From: Camelus ferus
Lineage: Eukaryota
Reading direction: 5' to 3'
Length of the DNA stretch: 64,000 nucleotides
NCBI RefSeq assembly: GCF_009834535.1
Contig: NC_045696.1
Coordinates: 49,664,001-49,728,000 of the forward strand
Part shown: piece after piece, positions 60,761 to 64,000 of the stretch
Layout of the letters: each line of letters opens with the position of its first letter
Position numbering within the stretch: the stretch's first letter is position 1
Position numbers and translations under genes: made by a program
The notes under the pieces: model-generated
Database searches by the model: none
Told to the model about the DNA's origin: nothing
The model's input: the letters and a program-made list of their open reading frames with translations, nothing else

Positions 60761-63700
60761 CGTGCTTTAAATCTGTGAACTTTCCTACCACATCATTGTG
60801 CTTATTAAATTAATATTGTGTCTTCTTTAAATATTGGTAAAGCTTCTTTAATAATGATATAAACACAACTGTGAGTCCAGTTGGTAAAAGTCACATCTTA
60901 AATATTTAGGTAAAAGCCTGGAGTTCTGCACATGGGAAAAGAATTGGAATAACACAAATGTGTTTTGAGGTTGCTCCTACTTTCTGTCTTTCCTCCCCTG
61001 CCTTCCTCACTGGCTGAAGAGAGTTATCACAGGAAACACGCAGCCAAATTCCTTGGATAGTCTAAAGAATATTTTAAAGTTCATGCGGACAAGTCTTATT
61101 TGAGGGGCTCTCACTAAAGTGTTTAAAATCCCTGTACGTGATACTTTACCCTCCTCACTAAGAGTCCTCTAAGATTCTTAAGAATTCCTAAGATAAAACA
61201 ATCTAGACTTATTTAAAAAGAGCCTCTGATCACAGGAGATAAAGATCCTCATTTGAAGTATGGGTATTGCTATTGACTGCGATTACCTTTAGGAACCACT
61301 GGGTACCATGTGGAATTCTTTTTTTTTGATGGAGCTTAGACTTCAGGGGGCTAGAGGTGACAGGGAATGGTAGCATGGGGTTATACTCCTTTATTGTGAT
61401 AGGAAGGAGCTGAACCTTTTTTTTTTTTTAACTTATTTTCCTTTCTTCCACTGTCTGCATTAAATGTTCTCATAACCACATCCCCCTCCCATCACTGCCC
61501 ACTCCCTTCTGTCCTCCTGCCTCCCTGTGCCATTGTCTGATACTTTTGTTCTTTCTTTCATGGTCTCCCTTACCTCTTCTTTTAGATGTTTTCAGAACAC
61601 AATCAAGTAAAAATTAAAGAGTTAAAAAAAAAGAAAACCAAGAAAGAAACTGCAATCAGCGTTCTGAGACACATATCAGCATTCCAGTGGCCCTTCCTTT
61701 TTCCCCAGCCCTGCCGAGCATCACCCTGACACCTGGCAAATTCTGAGGATGCCTCAGCTTGCCCAGGTTGTGAAAAGTCTCTTCTGGCAGTCACAAAGCC
61801 TTTATGCTTTTTAGTCTGCTGTGGGCAGGTGGACTGTGTGTGTCTGTGGCTGTGTGTGTGTGTGTCTACACAGTAAGATTTACTGATATAATAGGCTCAG
61901 TCTGCAAAATAAAACATCCTAATTCTGCCATTAAAATGCACTTATTCCTGCAGAACTGCTTTTTTGGATCTTTTTGAATGATAAAAATGCCCTCCTTGGA
62001 GATCATCAACCCATCTACATGTATCTAATGGATAATAATTATTTTGTTCAAACATGTAGATCTTTAAATGACAAAGAACATGATACAATGAGCAAAGGAT
62101 GGCAATCTATTTGCCACTATGTTTATTTGCAAAAAAGAAAAAGAAAACAGTAAGGGTACTGTGTCTACTAACAGAATTTTGGTTTTATTTGTTTTTTCTT
62201 CTCTGCGCTGATATAAAATCTTGAATGTGGAGGAAGAGTTTAAAGGAGCAGAGTTTAGGAAGCCAGGTTGCATGAGTGGGAGACGAGAAAGTTCTATGGG
62301 AATGGACATTGAGACAGTGGGAAGGTCCAGGCGTACGGGTGCTTGCAGAAACTGCATGGGAGGTGACATTTGAAGAAGAGAGGATCTGGGAATATTTGCT
62401 GGGAGGAGGTGTTTACCAGTGGGCATGAGGTTGTGTGGAGAGGTGTGGCTTCTTTGCAGAGATTCAGGAGGCTGAAGAGGGTTTAGTGATGAAAGGAAGT
62501 ATTTCTGGAAAAGGAGGGTGTGTTTGCAAAGGCAGATTGACAGGATGGGGGGTTTAACTAAGGATGGTGTTTGGATAACGGAGGGTGGGGAGAACAGGCT
62601 GCTTTTGGATTTCTGAAATCAGAATATTGCTGGAGAAGGGAGTGGTTGTTCCTGAAGCTTCTCATTAGCGCCCTTCCCACCTCGTCATGTTTTCATGTTG
62701 GGATTAGTGGAAAAAGAGGGAGGTTCTTCTGTCCGTTTGGACATCTGAAACAGATTTCTTATTCAGTCCTCTAAAAGCTTCTTCTCTCAGACCCCAGTGG
62801 TCACCACAGTAGGTGCCTTCCCCATCCCGCAAATGGCACTGCTCCTGACACACTGCTCTAAGCTGGTGTCTGAATTCAATTACATGTCATCAGTACATGC
62901 TTGAAAACATTGCCATATCATAAACATCAGTGCTGAGAGAGACCAGCCTGTGGACCACCAGTGTGCTGCGAGAGCTTGAAACCCCAGGCATCGAACACTG
63001 TCCGTGACAAGTTGTGCTCCCAGAGCCAGCACCTCCACTCTGAGTCACCCTTGTGGGGCATGGTAGAGACTCAAACTTTTTTATAAAGGGGAAATTTTAA
63101 CCTAAACCCTCCTGACTTCATTTTGAGATTATTTTTCCTGAATTTGCTCCTTTAATCTACATTCATCTCCTTTTCCTAGCAGTATGAAAAGATTTCCACT
63201 TTTCTTTCACTTGCTTTGGCAGTCTCCCTTTGATCAATTCCTGCTATATTGGATTATCCTAAGAACCATTTGTGCATGGCTGCATGGCAAGGAAAAGTGA
63301 CAAGTAATGTGTTAAGTAATTGGCATAAATTACGTGGAAAACTGGATTTATATAAACAGGCTAGACTGTAAGTCCCTTTCCTCTAACAAAACACACGCAG
63401 CACAGCACAGCAAATAGTTCTTTAATTTCTTTGTTTTTTAAAACCTTTGCTCCCTGGGTGTGTTTTCATTATCTGGAAACCAAGATCAGTACAGCTCTGG
63501 CCATCACAGTGCCCTGAATTCACTGTTGGTGGCTTACAGTGTGGATGGGGTTAGTGTCACTGTGGTGTTATTTGGTACAAACGGAGCCAGAGAATTATAT
63601 TTTAAAACAGATGCCAGCATTGTGCCAAAGAGAAAAGAATCTGCCAAGAAACTTTTCAGCGTGATCCTTGAGATAGTTTTTCAAGTAATTTTTTTCTCAA

Positions 63701-63887
63701 GGGGAAACATGCTGCCTGTCCATGGTACCTCCCAGAGAGCTCTGAATGACGCCTGGTGTTTTCTAATTGACAGTGAGATGATGTACATTTCAGGTGATAA
63801 AACAACCAGCGCTCTGGAGGGATTAAATTTATGGATTGGAAAGTCAGCCCAAACGTTTCAACACACATTAGCTTCTTTCCTGTTTAG

Positions 63888-64000
63888 ACTTCCCGGCGTG
63901 TCCCTTCTCTCAGATGGGCACCAGACGCCTCCTGCCGGCTCCACGCCCGGTTCTGTTTCTGTGCAGATGCTCCGCAGGGTATGGGGCCACGAAGGCCCTT
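63888..64000 (+). other. Candidate second exon (continues beyond the window)
   Basis: Acceptor gcttctttcctgtttag| at 63871-63887; 8 CpGs in the next ~110 bp against a CpG-poor intron; alternative AGs at 63912-63913 and 63965-63966. Confidence 0.5.

Overview
Mammalian genomic DNA, most likely camelid: it carries a Vic-1-type tRNA-derived SINE and cetartiodactyl-type L1 3' ends. The first ~52 kb is repeat-rich intergenic DNA (L1, L2, MIR, MaLR/ERV LTRs, hAT and Tigger DNA transposons, microsatellites) with no recognisable protein-coding exon. A CpG island at ~52.0-53.7 kb looks like the promoter of a + strand gene. It has candidate first-exon donors after 52729 and 53092, then a ~10.8 kb intron-like stretch, then a CpG-rich candidate second exon from 63888 that runs off the window. 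An ATG 8 nt before the 53092 donor would give a junction-spanning ORF of at least 40 codons, which could be a uORF or the true N-terminus. The layout resembles my recollection of PIK3R1, but no coding sequence is visible, so no symbol is assigned. The supplied ORFs are chance, low-complexity or transposon-derived; three show recognisable decayed transposase or reverse-transcriptase motifs. I found no convincing novel biological system. The best leads are regulatory: the uORF and G-quadruplex 5' leader, a CCAAT-array/octamer/TATA LTR, a MER41-like solo LTR, and a dense transcription-factor motif cluster. Repeat family names come from by-eye recognition, and boundaries are approximate unless target-site duplications (TSDs) are given.
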